This document shows, piece by piece, positions 51,171-64,000 of a stretch of DNA of 64,000 bases (within the stretch, counting starts at the first letter, position 1; each line of letters opens with the position of its first letter). The stretch spans positions 1,127,788-1,191,787 of the forward strand of contig NW_003314274.1 of NCBI RefSeq assembly GCF_000143415.4. Direction: 5' to 3'. Source of the DNA: Selaginella moellendorffii. Lineage: Eukaryota; Plantae; Lycopodiophyta. Both the position numbers and the translations under genes were made by a program. The notes under the pieces were generated by a model. It was not told the origin of the DNA. It did no database searches and saw only the letters and a list, made by a program, of their open reading frames with translations.

Positions 51171-51599
51171 ATTTTTCGTCAACTAATCACCCCTTTAATC
51201 TATTGGCTTAGGGTAGGTTTTGACATTGTTGTTTAATAATCCTTCCTTTGTCAGGGAATGATTGTCCGTGATCATATTTAAACCACCCTTTGGTCACTAT
51301 GGTTCTTTTAGGGTCTATCAAACCTTGGTTCTCCCTCTATTAAATATTCCTTTAGAATATTCTTGTCCCACTTGTCAGTTACAAGAATCGAATTGGGCTT
51401 CAATACCAAGGAAACAATAAATAATCTCCTGCAATTTGTTGGTAGTGCAATGTTAGTGTTTTAACTTAGCATCATTTAATGTGCTTATGCTATCCATTGT
51501 TTAAGAATTAAAAAAAAGTATACTTTCAATTATAAATTTAATTATTAGAAATTGTGACTTTAAAATGTTGATTGTGGTTATGATAATTAAAGAGATGGT

Positions 51600-51910
51600 T
51601 AAAAATGCACTTCAATTTTTATATTCACAATCACATTGCACCTTAATTATAAAGTTTAAAGCTTATACTTTAAATTTATTTGGCTTTTTTTAGAAAATAT
51701 GTTTCTTGAAGATGCTTATAGCATAATAAAAATATTAAGATTTTTACTAATGCATATCTAAAAGATCTTTACATAGCTGAAATTTAGAATTCCATTTTAT
51801 ATGATTACTTTAATAAAAAATCTATTTATCCAGATAAATTTAAAGTGTAATCCTTAAATTTTGTAATTAAGATGCAATGTGATTGTGGATATATAATTTA
51901 AAATGTATTT
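51600..51910. mobile_element. AT-rich MITE-like element with ~60-bp imperfect TIRs
   Basis: 51601-51661 (ATATTCACAATCACATTGCACCTTAATTA) is the inverse of 51852-51910 (TAATTAAGATGCAATGTGATTGTGGATAT). Internal segment 51771-51842 recurs inverted at 45481-45552. Confidence 0.55.
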
Positions 51911-52876
51911 GTAAGTCTAATATAGGTGTTTGTCTTATTAAACTACATATTCTACCTACAAAATTTTGAGTGTATATTGAAAATCTACTATATAAGTTAT
52001 GAGTTTTTCTGTTTATTATCATTTTTAATTTTTATGTTTAAAAATTTTATTTTTGAAATTATAAATGAATTTATTTACTAAAAGGGGTATATTTTCTTGA
52101 TTTGTTTTTCTCAAATTAATGGCATAAAATTGTCAGGGATTATGGTGACAGGGCATAGTCCCACCATGGCAAGCTACTCATCTCACAAATCCTCTGCCAT
52201 CATGGATGTTAGGATCCTATTCCTTACACCTTTTATTTTTGAAATTACAAATGAATTTATTTACCAAAAGGGGTATATTTTCTTGATTTTTTTGTCTTAA
52301 ATAAATGGCATAAACTAATCAGGGATTGTTAGGATCCTATCCCTTACACCCTAAGCCAACTGATCATTTGTTTGTATGGCCCTTTCTTATCCTATTATCT
52401 TGACATTTTATTAAATTTTCTTTTTATGTATAGATTTCTTTTATTTCACAATCTATCACACTGTCATGGCTTATGAGCATTTTCATGGTTGGGATTGAGT
52501 TTTTTTATATCAACAAATTATTGAAGGACAAAAAATTAATTAAAGAAACACTCTTGCCATTTCTAACACAAACTACTGGGTATATTATCTTTCATCTAAT
52601 AATTTTTAAAAAGTGTAGTTCCAGTTCTTTATATTAAAACTTCTTATTCAAAATATTCAACTCTATCAGCACCTCAAAATAAATATATAAACAAAAACTA
52701 TACTTTTAAGCTTTTGAACATTATGAGCAATTATCATTCATCAATTGTCTCCCATAGTCTCAATAAAACTGATATAACATAAATGACCAACGTAGATTTG
52801 GGTAGGTTTTCTTTAGTTTATTTGATTTAGGAACTAAGAGGGAGAATAAATTGGAGAATTTATTAAAAAAACTTTC

Positions 52877-53885
52877 TCAAGTAAACTCTTCAAAACTTTG
52901 ATCTTGAGAAGCTCCTTGTGAACTCGTGGAATCTGGCTCTTGGTTGTGGGATCCCAGGTGGTAGACACTCTTAGAGCTATGGTGGGTGCTTTGCCTTCCA
53001 AAATTCGCAACACCTACATGCAACAATGTCAACCTTGTACGTTCATGATTTTTCTTCATAAGGATCAACCTGACTCATTCTTGGCCTCTGCGAGGGTTCT
53101 CTTCTCAGGCAAAATGCCGCTGCGTGGACCATTCCTTGGATCTTGTAAAGCTGTTACTCCTGGAATAAATCTTTAACCAGTCGTGGATCTAGTAAAGAAT
53201 CGGCATCTCTTACATCGAGTTTTGGACGAGCCTGTAATTAATACTAAATAGAAATAAATATAAAAATATGAACCTTACGCATTCTGTGAGACATTGTTCT
53301 GCATGAGGCAGAGATATATCAAGTGATCTCCACACCAAATGAATACACGTTAGCTTTCTCTGTAACCTGTCCACTTGAAGCATACTCTGGAGCCAAATAC
53401 CTTCAATTCTAAACATTAAATCTCATATTAAAATAACATATGAGTTTTGGTTTCTTACCCCAAGTGTGCCAATTACCTTTGTCTCAACTGTGGGCTGGCT
53501 GCTTGTATGCCATCTAGCCAATCCAAAATCTCCAACCTGTTACCATATAAGTAATCTTATAGTAACAATGGTAAATATCTTACCATTGGAGCATAGTCAT
53601 GTGTGAGAAGAATGTTGTGTGGCCTGAGATCTCTGTGAATTATATAGTTCCAATGCGGCATTCCTCATGAAGATATCGCATCGCTCTGGCAGCCCCCAAA
53701 GCGATTCCCTCTCTTGCACACCATGTGTATTTCAGTGTTTAGAAAAAGAAAAGAAAAGCCAAATAAGTGATAGCTGAGTGACTTGTTGCACACAAACTCG
53801 TAAACAAGCATTCTCTTTCCATCCTCGACGTAAATTCCTAGCAAATTTACCAGGTTTCGGTGCTGTGCTCCACTCAGAACCTCTG
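52877..53885 (-). pseudogene. Inverted, intron-retaining partial duplicate of the kinase gene at 60828-63351
   Basis: Reverse complement aligns with ~62237-63280 (introns included) and 63463-63495, with deletions and frameshifts. Confidence 0.9.
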
Positions 53886-53944
53886 TGCGCCAATGGTTTC
53901 AGGAGTGCATTATCGGGTAAGGCGCTCGCTTCAGGAGTGCATTA

Positions 53945-54680
53945 TCAGGTAAAGTTCGCTTACGCTTCACAGCCCAGTATGGTCCTCCTCAAGATCCAAA
54001 CACGTTTATTTGCAGAGTCAGGCGTACTGCAACAACGGGACGCGTTGGACATTCGGTTGTTTTCCTTATGGAGAAAAGATTTGTATCATATTTTCGAGAA
54101 TACAAGAGGAGCACCACTGTAACTACATTTTCCGGTCAGCGATCCTTACTTCTTTATTGTATTTAGGTGGAAGAAACTGAAGGTTGGCAAGATTGCTATG
54201 GGATTTGGCCTCTTACAGGTACCTTCAACACCTCCCGAGAGAGATTCCAAGTCTGAAAAGCCAAAGAAAATCGCAGGCGTCAAAGGTCCCTAGCAAAAAA
54301 GAGAAGCTTGAGAGCCATGGAGTGGAAGAAGCAGCAACAAAAGCAGAAGCTCTAGGTAACAGTTACCACTGCGTAGATGCTGCGAGTGACTCCCAGTCCC
54401 TAAAACAGCTGTGGTGCACTTAGTTAGCCATTAGCACACGAGGTCCTTCACTTGACTCATTCATTATTTCTATTTGCTAGATGGAAACCACTCAAAGAAA
54501 ATGAGCAAGAAGATTTAACGACAAAAGAGCTTTTACATTTACTTCAGCTGCTTAACTAAATAGCTTACTTTTTGAATATCTTCTGATGGTAAGAACAGCA
54601 GACTTATACAAGAGGCTCTAGAACTTAGAGAGGATGGCTACCAAAGGGAGAAAATTCGAGGGCGTTGAAAAACCTGGCAC
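53945..54680 (+). pseudogene. RH18/DDX55-like pseudogene fragment (second copy)
   Basis: Homologous to 46120-46880 (PPQDPNTF, HHCNYIF). Confidence 0.8.
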
Positions 54681-54727
54681 AAGAAACAAAGAGCTCAGTG
54701 CTTAGTAAGCTTGAAATTGACACACCT

Positions 54728-56102
54728 TCACTCAGTCGGAGAGTCAGCCTCAAAGGCCGCTTGGAGAGAAGCTTGCGCTGCTGGATAGACGAACACCAGA
54801 ATGTTCTCCATTTTGGTCTGGAACTCGTCGAGCATCAGCTCCAGCACTGTGTCCACGAACACCTCCTCCGACTCCACCACTTGATACGTACCGGCATGCA
54901 AACGCCACGGGATCGATCTGGCATACTCGAGCCCCACGGTGAGCCCTGCATCGTTTAACAATACCACGACTCTGAAAGAAATAAAAGTCACATGTAAGTA
55001 CTAGTTGACAGAAGAAAGAAAGAAAAAGAAAAAGAAAAAGAAAAAGTAAAACTTACCCTGGAATGTTGAAAAACGCATTCCAATTTGTTTTTCCATCGGC
55101 TGCGAGTGGGATTTCCACATCTGCTTCTCTCGCAAGCCTCACGCATTTCTCCCGAGCGGCCTCACAGAGCTTTCGCAGAAGCACTCGCTCGAACATGCGC
55201 AATGCAGATAACCTCTGCCGCAATGCTGAGAGTTCACGGCCCTGGGCTGAAAGCTGACGACTCTGGTCTGTAAGTTCCTCCTTCAGCTTCGAAGTTTCTT
55301 CCTTCAGCTTCGAAGTTCTCTCCTTCAGCTTCGAAGTTTCCTCCTCGAGCTTTGCCACTCTCTCCGTGAGTTTGGTAATCTCCTCCTTAAGGCTGACGAT
55401 CTCCCTTGAGTCCTTCTGCAGCTCCTGGATTTTCTCAGCTTGCTCTTTGTTGACCTTCATAAGCTTGTCATTCTGTGCCTTTGTGTTCTTGATCTCTTCT
55501 TTCTGGTTGGTGACTTGCAGGATCAACGTGGAGTTCAGAGCTTTGAGTCTCGTGTTTGTGCCCTCCAGTCCCTGGTCTGCCTTGGGAACAACCCTGATGT
55601 AGTTCTGTCTGGCCCATGCCTCAGGCGTCAGCCTCGAGTTCTTGTAGCTCGGATCACTGATTTTGGCCTCCAGATCTTCCTTCCGCAGGCTGAAACGTTT
55701 CGCTGCCGCATCCACCGCAAAACCAAAATCGCCATCCAGAGATTTCTTCCAGTCACCCGCTGGAAGAGGCCATGCAGACAGTGCACTCCACGTAAAAAAT
55801 CGGGACGCACGGACGATTCTCTCCAGGCGCAATGTAGTTCCCTGGAAGAAAAAAAAAACGAGGATTCCAGGACAAAGAGCTACCACAAAGCTTCTACGAG
55901 GGCAGAGGCATGAATACCATATTCTGCTTGGCATCCAATCTCTCAGCTTCGAGGGGGAATTCCCTCTTTGCTCTGGCGAGAGATATCTTGGCAAGGGGGG
56001 CGACTTGGGATCGGGAGTGACCTGCTGCTCATCGCTCCACTCGCCGCCAAGCACTTCGCCAATAACCCTAAACGAATGCTGGGTCATAGGATTAATTTTC
56101 AT
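54728..56102 (-). CDS. Lineage-specific coiled-coil protein (copy 3) with an altered N-terminus
   Basis: Core homologous to copies 1 and 2. A 2-nt deletion near 55780 and loss of the first donor shift the N-terminal frame, which is open from ATGs at 56102 and 56087. Confidence 0.65.
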
Positions 56103-56181
56103 CTAACGGCTGTTGTCAATTTAGATTAATTTTAATACATTTACCAAAATCACTTTTGTTTTAATTATTACTAAAAGTTAT

Positions 56182-57790
56182 TTATTGAAACCGCAAAGAA
56201 ACTTTGTCAAGAAGAGCAACTCTTTTAACTGCGAGAAAGGTTTTAAATTGATAGAAATATGAAAACTTTGTGATATACATACCATCACCGTAGCAAGCCA
56301 TCTTCTCCGCAACTTTACAAGGGTCATCAAAAGTGCTCATGAACTGCGTTGATAAATTCTTTTGCAGGCTTCCTGTCCCCAAAATAAAAAGCTCACAAAA
56401 CAATTTACAAATTATGTAGTCTCTAACCTGCAACCATAGGTGAGAATTTGCCGATCAATGTCCTTATTCACGACCACCTATAAGAAAATATATAGTTCTT
56501 CTGTGCATAGAGAAACGAGAAATCACGAACCTGAGGCTTGAGATTCACCAAAACAAGTGAAATGGTTGCATTCTTCGTCGACTACAATGGAAAGAACGTT
56601 CATAGAGAAGTGAAAAAAGAGAGTTCCAAGTTGAGTACCTTCTCGTCTCCTACAATATCTACCAGTCCGTCTACAAACTTGTGCTCCTAGATAAACAGCA
56701 CAAGGACACGCATTTGAGACAAATATTACTTGAGAGCGCTACTCACAGAAGATGCGTGGATCCCAAACAAGCCGGAGTCATTGTACACAGAAGTAAAAGC
56801 AGTAAAATTTTCCACCTTGGGATGGAAAACGAGAATGCGAACTAAGTAAGAACACTAAAACCAAACCACGATTCATAGATACACAATCTGGACTGGATGA
56901 CCTTGCCCAGGCCCCCAGTTGAAAACGAACCGACTAAAACGGAAAAAAAAAAAAAAAAGTTAACATTTTCTTCCAGCAAACTTGAGAAAGAAGGGGAAGC
57001 TTTACCTGTAACACAGTTGCTGCAACAGCATTGCGTTCGCTTCTCCAGCCATCAGGGATTTCAAAAGCGATGGAAGCCCATGTAGTCTGCTTAAAAATGG
57101 AAGAGCTAAATCCATTTAGACTTCCAACAAAGAGAAAACACAAAAATGAAAGAAAGGAAAAACTCTTACATCACTCTCGCCTTGAAGGGGCTACCTCTGG
57201 GGGCGCCACCAGAGGCATGTCCTCAAACAACGGTTTCACCAGCGAGAGAAAATAGTCGTGCTTGATGCCAGACCCAGCGAAAACCATCCGTGAAGCTGTT
57301 TAGTTTGCCCACAAAATCTCCCTGCTATTAGAAAAAACACAAGAATAACGAAAGCAGGAAGACATGAGAAAGCTAGAAACTCGTGAAAAGCACGAGAGTC
57401 AGAGTTTATCCAATGAGGACTCACTTGCCACCAGCACTTTGCCAAGAGGGCCATTGTAACCAGCGGGATGCAAAGCTTCCAGAAGCATTGCTTGAGTTGG
57501 CAATATCTTTAATCTCTTCTCTCAAGATGTCAGCATGTGAATCCAATCAACCCTGTAAGAAAAAAAAGAAAAAAAGAGAAAGAGATATTTGTTCTTTGAT
57601 ATCCCACTCATGGAAAGCCGGGTTCCGGATGCTATCAGCAAGAACAATCTCGGGAACAAAGCTCCTTATCAGATCACCCGTATAAGACATTTGCTCTCGT
57701 GAAAGCAGATGCAAGAATATTACCGTCGATGGCTTCTGCTTCGTGGACAAGCCTCAAGTGCGTCCTGTTTCGCGTGCTCTTGAAAACCAT
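56182..57790 (-). pseudogene. MPP-alpha pseudogene (copy 3, most complete, exons collinear)
   Basis: MVFKSTRNRTHLRLVHEAEAIDGNILASA, SREQMSY, LADSIRNPAFHEWDIKEQ, IAFEIPDGWRSE, VENFTAFTSVYNDSGLFGIHASS and DIGKFSP/GRQ-type remnants, with frameshifts. Confidence 0.87.
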
Positions 57791-58187
57791 GTGAATAGTA
57801 AACCAAATACATTTATAATATTTACATGTTTCTAGAGTTTTTCATATAAAACGAAATGAATTTCATGCACGGGGATGACAAGCGCGCCACACAGTCATCG
57901 TACCAGATCGCGGAGATGGAGGGAGCCGCCACCACCGCTGCCGCCACGGGATGAAAAACTCTCAAAGTATTTCAGAGTTTCCATCTATTTTTTTTATTCT
58001 ATAATCTAATGGTTAATATGCAATAAGATTAATCTTGATTTATAAATGATAAACATGTTTATAATTATTGATCAATTGAATTATTGGACATTACTATTAA
58101 GCAAGCATTATTGCATGCAACACACAGCAAATTATTAAAATTATCAGTGAATATTTTGAGTATATAAAAAATAACTAACTTAACTAT

Positions 58188-60601
58188 TTAACTGCACAAC
58201 CAACCTTGACTCTGGAAAAAAGATATTAAGAACTCTTTGCCATCGAAACTTAGTAAGTACATCACTTGCGCATCCTGTGAAAAATAAGCTCAAAAGTCAT
58301 AGTTTGTAGTCCAGAAACAAAAAATACCTCGGGCCAACTACAAAAAGTCTCAGGAGAAACTTGAAGAAGATTGAATGCAGCCTCACCATCGACTCTAGCA
58401 CAAATTTCCCTGCCTGGTTCTCCAACGTCAAAAAGATAGACGTCTGCGTGGAAAGAGAGCGACGCTTGATCGCAACTACGTGTACAGAAACAACAAAACC
58501 AAGCGCCACTTTCATCCGTCACACGCCGACCACAAGCACCGTGTATTTTATGAAGCTGGAGCTCCACTCTTTCGAGCCTTACGACATCATCTTCTCAGGT
58601 CAAATAGAGAGCTTAAAAGGAATCTCTCCTACCTGGCCATAGCTAGACCATCGAGAGACAGGAACAATGCTGTGAAGACACGGGGAAGAGATGACTGCAG
58701 TGAGATGGGAAACCTTCACGAAAGATGCTCCTTCCGTGCTCTCGGTCCAAGAACATTTCAGCCTGCAACGAATAATCGTTAAGGAGGCGAGAGAGTTTTT
58801 CTTTTACCTTTCACCAGTATCTGTATAAGTAGCAAGGCCGGATATAAACACAAGTTGTCCGGAATAAACCTCGCCAAAAGACCTGCCAGCCAAAGTCACT
58901 CTCAGAAAAAATCAAAAATAAAAGAAAAACAATTAAACATTTTTACCAGCTCTCCAGCATGAACTGAAGCTCAATCTCGATAATTCCCGTGTCGTCGTTA
59001 ATAGACAGTATAGATGGTTGCTTGGCAGATGAAATCTGACAACCAACAAACGCTGCTGTACCATAAACTGCAAGGTTGAACATCTTTGGTCTCAAGTCCT
59101 TTACCAGAAGCTTCAATCAGTAGGAATGAGAAAATTTGCATTGTACATACACGAGCGGGGAAATGGTTGAGATCAACAGCACCGTGTGGGTTGCGTGGAA
59201 TTAGCACTTCCGATCCAAGACATGTTTCGTGATCAGACGCTACTGTCACCTTTGACAACGATTCGAAGATTATTCCGAAGTAAACGCAGTTTTACCTCTT
59301 GCTCGAGTTGAAGACAGGGCGGCACACAATAGATCCGAGTGCATGTTCCAGACTCCAGGCTTATCTCCATTGTGTCACAGTTTACAAAGGGTCGTTCAAG
59401 GGCCAACATGCTTCCGTCACTGCAATCACGTAAAACATGTTTACTACAAAAGCAGAAAGCCTGATACGAAACCTTAGCAAAGTGGCGATAGGAACCTGGT
59501 CATTCCACAGGACGAATGGCACCGTGATTCCCTCACTATCAACAAGTAAGATTGTTTTCCATCTTCTGTCGCCGTTCGTCTCAGTCTCCATGGACTTTTC
59601 CAGTCTATCGTTACAAAGTGATTAAGCCATACTCGATCGATCACGCGAAACAACACTTACTTGGCATAAATATGGTAATCTCCGGCAGCTCCACGTTGTA
59701 TAGACGGGAAAGTGTCAGAGAGAAACTGCTCGCCGAGCAGCATTGCATCGTGTTCTTGGTCCTGAGTAGAAAACAGTAGCTAACTCACAAAAAATCAAAC
59801 ATTCACTGCACCTCGTCAAGTAGGACTACTAGGTGCTCTGTGGGTAAAAGACGCGGAGCACACGATCCATCTCCAACTCTCAGCCTACAACCTGTCATGC
59901 GTAGATCTCGACCTCTCTTAATAGTTCCCTCCTCATCATGTACCATGTCAAAAAATCTATGAACAAAAGAAGCCATCAACAAAAAAAGGTAAAGACGAAT
60001 ACCAGAAGTTCTTGGCTTACTTTCGGTGCAGATAGTGGTCGACTGTGTTCCCGCTGGAAAGATCTCCAAGCGTAAGAAGATAGCTATTGCTCCCTGGAAA
60101 CTTTGTGTGTGATACCATCAATCAACCGAGAATGCAAGCTAAATGAGCTTACCAGGCAAGACGTGGATGTCCAGAACAACGACCTCCATCACGGCATCCA
60201 GAGAAACAAACTTCTTCTCCAGAATCGAGTCGACAGTCACAGCATTTGCCAAATGCTGATACCGCGCCCTCCTCGTCCTCTTCATTTGCATCACGGGGTG
60301 ATTCTCCGCAAGCCTCCCTCTGCCTCTGCCGCGCTCCCTCTCGCCCCAGGCCTATCATCCACAAACAACACCTACATTCCTCAAAAATCCCTCGAACCGA
60401 CCGAGAAGTCCTCACCTGGAAGAGCTCCGCGAGAAGAATCCCTTCCGTGACCACGCGGGGATGAGCTTGGCAGCACGAAAAGACGCGCGACATCATCCAC
60501 GCCCATCCGGGCACCGCTGCGCCATCGTCGTGCCGCCGCCGGTACTCCTCGAGCTCCTTCCTCGCCCATTCTATAAACCCTAGAATATCATTTCCCGCCA
60601 T
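58188..60601 (-). CDS. Plant OB-fold nucleic-acid-binding protein (At3g17030 / Cdc24-OB-domain-like), many exons
   Basis: FIEWARKEL...PGWAWMMSRVFSCC...ILLAELFQAW, TVDSILEKKF, YLHRK, GRDLRMTGCRLR, PRLLPTEHLVVLLDE, FVLWNDQ and LALERPFV, separated by GT-AG introns. Confidence 0.72.
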
Positions 60602-60827
60602 AACCATTCCAAATTTACACACGGGTAAAGTTATAAGCAGCCAGTGGACGAGAATCCCGATGTTCCCTTGTCTCTTACCTCTTTGTTTACTCTCTTTGCT
60701 CGATACTTGTGGAATCCCGGCCTTAGAATCTCTTCCTTCTCCCAAGAAAGGATTCCAGGGTCATCACCCCGAGAGGAGAATTCAAGCAAAGATCTATCAC
60801 AAGATCAAAGGGAACTAGAAAGAAGAA

Positions 60828-63351
60828 ATGGATCGAAAATCTTTGTCTAGTGTTCCTTTGCCGAGCAACATAGCCATACTTTCGGGCAGCACTGTGCCTG
60901 GCCATTTTTCTTCTACTTCTAGTTCTACTGCTACTACTACTACTCTTCCTTCTAATCGAAACATTGTGGTAATTTTTGATGCGTCGAGGGAGATGTCAAG
61001 CATCGCTGTGGAGTGGACGTTGGAGAGAATTCTTCAGCCTGGGGATGTCTTGACACATCTTGGGATTTTACCGCAAACAGTCACAGGAATTGTAAAACTC
61101 AGTAAGTTTTTTCGCTTCTTTTTTGCCTTTTATTTTAATATTTATTGTTTAGTGCGATACAAGCCCCAGAAGGGGACTGAACAGTCTATCGTTGGCAACC
61201 AGGATGAGGAAATTTGTAAGAAACTGAAGCTCTACAGCTTAATTCTCAGTGATATTCAAAAGGCATGCGAGGATCTAAACGTAAGAAATCATTCTAAACT
61301 TTTGGTTTTTTTTTATGTATATTCTTTTTAACAGGCCAGTTTAGATCTTCGAATTGTTACTGGGCATCCACTGAGTCTAGTTGCTGTGACCGAAACAAGA
61401 AAACTACAGCCTACATGGGTTATTCTAGACAGGTTTTTTTTTCTTCTTCTTCTTCTGTTTTTTAGGTCCTCTTAATTAATTTGCTATGAATCTGGATAGA
61501 AATATGAAGAGACATCGCAAGCATATAAACGACCAGCTCTCCTGCAACATGATTCTCATGGATCGGAACAACGAAGGCAAGATTCTCAAGCTTTGCGCCC
61601 CGATGGTGTTGGGACCATCTCTCCAGTTCCAAGACATCTCCGACTCCCAAATCCTCGACACAGTTGGAAAGTATCGCTGCTTTTCATCCTCCGGAGGGGA
61701 TTCGGACAGCGACACGATCCTCACACACAGTAAACACGGTGAATAGCATTTTCGTTATTTACATTATTATATTCAATTTTTCCATGGTTTCATGTTCAAA
61801 GCACTCAAAGGAGGAACATCAAATAACAGTGTCACTGTTGATCCTGGCCCGAGTGAGAATGCGGCAGTGGAGTTGGACGCTGTACTGCCGACAGAATTGG
61901 ATGAAACCAACACTGCAATCAAGCTGGATAAAGAGAAACTTACGACTGATGAAGCGATCACCGAGGACACCATCCTCTTCCCAAAACCCGGGAGCTCGGC
62001 ACTGCCACTTTGCTCGGTTTGCAAGCACAAGCCCCGCGATTTCAAGAGACAGACGAGAGAGTTTACGTATTCTGAGCTCGAGGAGGCGACAGACAATTTC
62101 TCGCATGCCAACTTTCTGGCCGAGGGAGGATTTGGGTTTGTGTACAAGGGCGTTCTCAAAGGTGGCCAACACATTGCCGTGAAGCAACACAAGCTCGCCA
62201 GCACGCAAGGAGGGAGGGAGTTTTGTGCAGAGGTCAAGGTTCTGAGCGGAGCACAGCACCGAAACCTGGTAACTTTGCTAGGATTTTGCGTTGAGGATGG
62301 CAAGAGAATGCTTGTTTACGAGTTTGTTTGCAACAAGTCACTCGACTATCACTTATTTGGTACTTTCTTTTCTTTTCTTTTTTCTTTTGTCTAAACACTT
62401 GGCTTTGACATGTGACAATGGTGGCAGACAAAAACACGGTGTTACCATGGTGTGCAAGACAGGGAATTGCTTTGGGGGCTGCCAGAGCGATGCGATATCT
62501 TCACGAGGAATGCCGGGTTGGAACTATAATTCACAGAGATCTCAGGCCACACAACATTCTTCTCACACATGACTATGCTCCAATGGTAACCATTGTTACT
62601 ATATCGTTTCTAGATTACTTATATGGTACCAGGTTGGAGATTTTGGATTGGCTAGATGGAATACAAGCAGCCAGCCCGCAGTTGAGACGAAGGTAGTTGG
62701 CACACTCGGGTAAGAAACCAAAACTCATATGTTATTTTAATATGACATTTAATGTTTAGAATTGAAGGTATTTGGCCCCGGAGTATGCTTCAAGTGGACA
62801 AGTTACAGAGAAAGCTGACGTGTATTCGTTTGGTGTGATTTTACTCGAAATGGTCACAGGCCGGAGATCATTAGATATATCTCTGCCTCATGCAGAACAA
62901 TGTCTCACAGAATGGGTAAGATTCATTTTTTAAAAATTTCTATTTAATATTAATTACAGGCTCGTCCAAAACTCGATGTAAGAGATGCCGATTCTTTACT
63001 GGATCCACGACTGGTTAAAGATTTACTCCAGGAGTCACAGCTTTACGAGATCCAAGCAATGGTCCACGCAGCGGCATTTTGCCTAAGAAGAGAACCCTCG
63101 CAGAGGCCAAGAATGAGTCAGGTTGATACTTACGAAGAAAAATCATGAACTTACAAGGTTGACATTGTTGCATGTAGGTGTTGCGAATTTTGGAAGGCGA
63201 GAGAGGTGAAGCACCCACCATAGCTCTAACAATGTCTACCACCTGGGATCCCACAACCAAGAGCCGGATCCCACGAGTTCCAAGCAATACCACGCTCAAA
63301 AGTCCGAGCAAGCAAAGCTTTCTCTCATATAATGAGATGATCACCAGCTAG
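60828..63351 (+). CDS. Cytoplasmic kinase with N-terminal USP-like domain (At3g13690/At1g55200 family)
   Basis: [46 protein letters not shown]...[46 protein letters not shown]; ends LSYNEMITS*. Confidence 0.93.
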
Positions 63352-63494
63352 ATGGCGTGAGCTACCATGAAAGTTGACTATAGGTAATATACTCAAGAGA
63401 AAAAGAGAAACTATTCTTCGTGATGTTGTTACAAGAAGCTACTATAATCCAAAGTCATACAAAGAGCTTCTCAGGATCAAAGTTTCAAAGAGTG

Positions 63495-63700
63495 ATCTTG
63501 GCTGGCGCCATCCATCGCAAAGAACTCGGAGATCACCTCCAGCGGCATGCCTTTGGTCTTGGGAACCTTGAACAGGGTGAAGATCCAGGGCACTAACACC
63601 ACCACCACAAAGCAGCCAAACAAGCCACCGATTCCCAGCACCCCGAGGAGCTTTGGGCACATGTTGGTGAGGAGGATGTTGCAAGTCCATAAATGTCAGG
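63495..63700 (-). pseudogene. C-terminal fragment of a tonoplast monosaccharide transporter (TMT/MSSP-like)
   Basis: WTCNILLTNMCPKLLGVLGIGGLFGCF...KVPKTKGMPLEVISEFFA; frameshifted upstream and not continued. Confidence 0.8.
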
Positions 63701-64000
63701 TTCGTTAAATTCAAAACAAGATTATAGATCCGTTGGAAGGAAGGAAAAATAATTTCTAGCCGATTATCTATAAAATAGAGACCTGGTTAAAATAAAAACA
63801 CGCCACCACATTCGGATCTCATTCGCCTTTGCTTTGTGCTCCTCTTCTACTTGGCCCATCATCCTCTAGAATGATTATCCATTTGGAGGTAATATTCTTC
63901 TCACAAGGTCACTCAGCATTGTTTACACTCAGAAAGACATAAAGGTGGACTTCATGAAGGAATGGAGGAGTATAGAAAATTAACTCTGCAAGAGTGTTAA

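Noticed and set aside
52045-52352. ~95-bp imperfect direct repeat plus GTTAGGATCCTAT.CCTTACACC x2
   Set aside because: Looks like a local duplication in AT-rich repeat debris with no functional signal.

Overview
Eukaryotic plant genomic DNA with very short GT-AG introns, TTTAGGG repeats and a flagellar central-pair gene. This points to a compact-genome, flagellate-sperm land plant (Selaginella-like lycophyte; inference). 1-15 kb is gene-dense: a Crinkler-like REase remnant, an intronless M32 carboxypeptidase, a U-box/ARM E3 ligase, a CFAP119-like gene, a PP2C and an RLCK kinase. 15-58 kb is rearranged and repeat-rich: three decayed Ty3/gypsy elements, three copies of a block (MPP-alpha pseudogene + coiled-coil gene, with an RH18 pseudogene in two copies) and an inverted partial kinase duplicate. 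It also holds the main finding, a ~12.5 kb TIR DNA transposon (24959-37497; 24-bp TIRs, AATT target duplication, Sola1-like DDE transposase). The element carries a divergent multi-exon cargo gene (ParB-like + degenerate N4/N6 DNA-methyltransferase-like + acidic linker + FCP1-like HAD domain) and at least 20 dispersed copies of a 22-bp palindrome, ATGGCRTG-N6-CAYGCCAT, placed mainly in introns and non-coding DNA. 58-64 kb holds an OB-fold gene, a USP-like-domain kinase and a sugar-transporter fragment. All domain calls come from motif recognition by eye, not from database searches.
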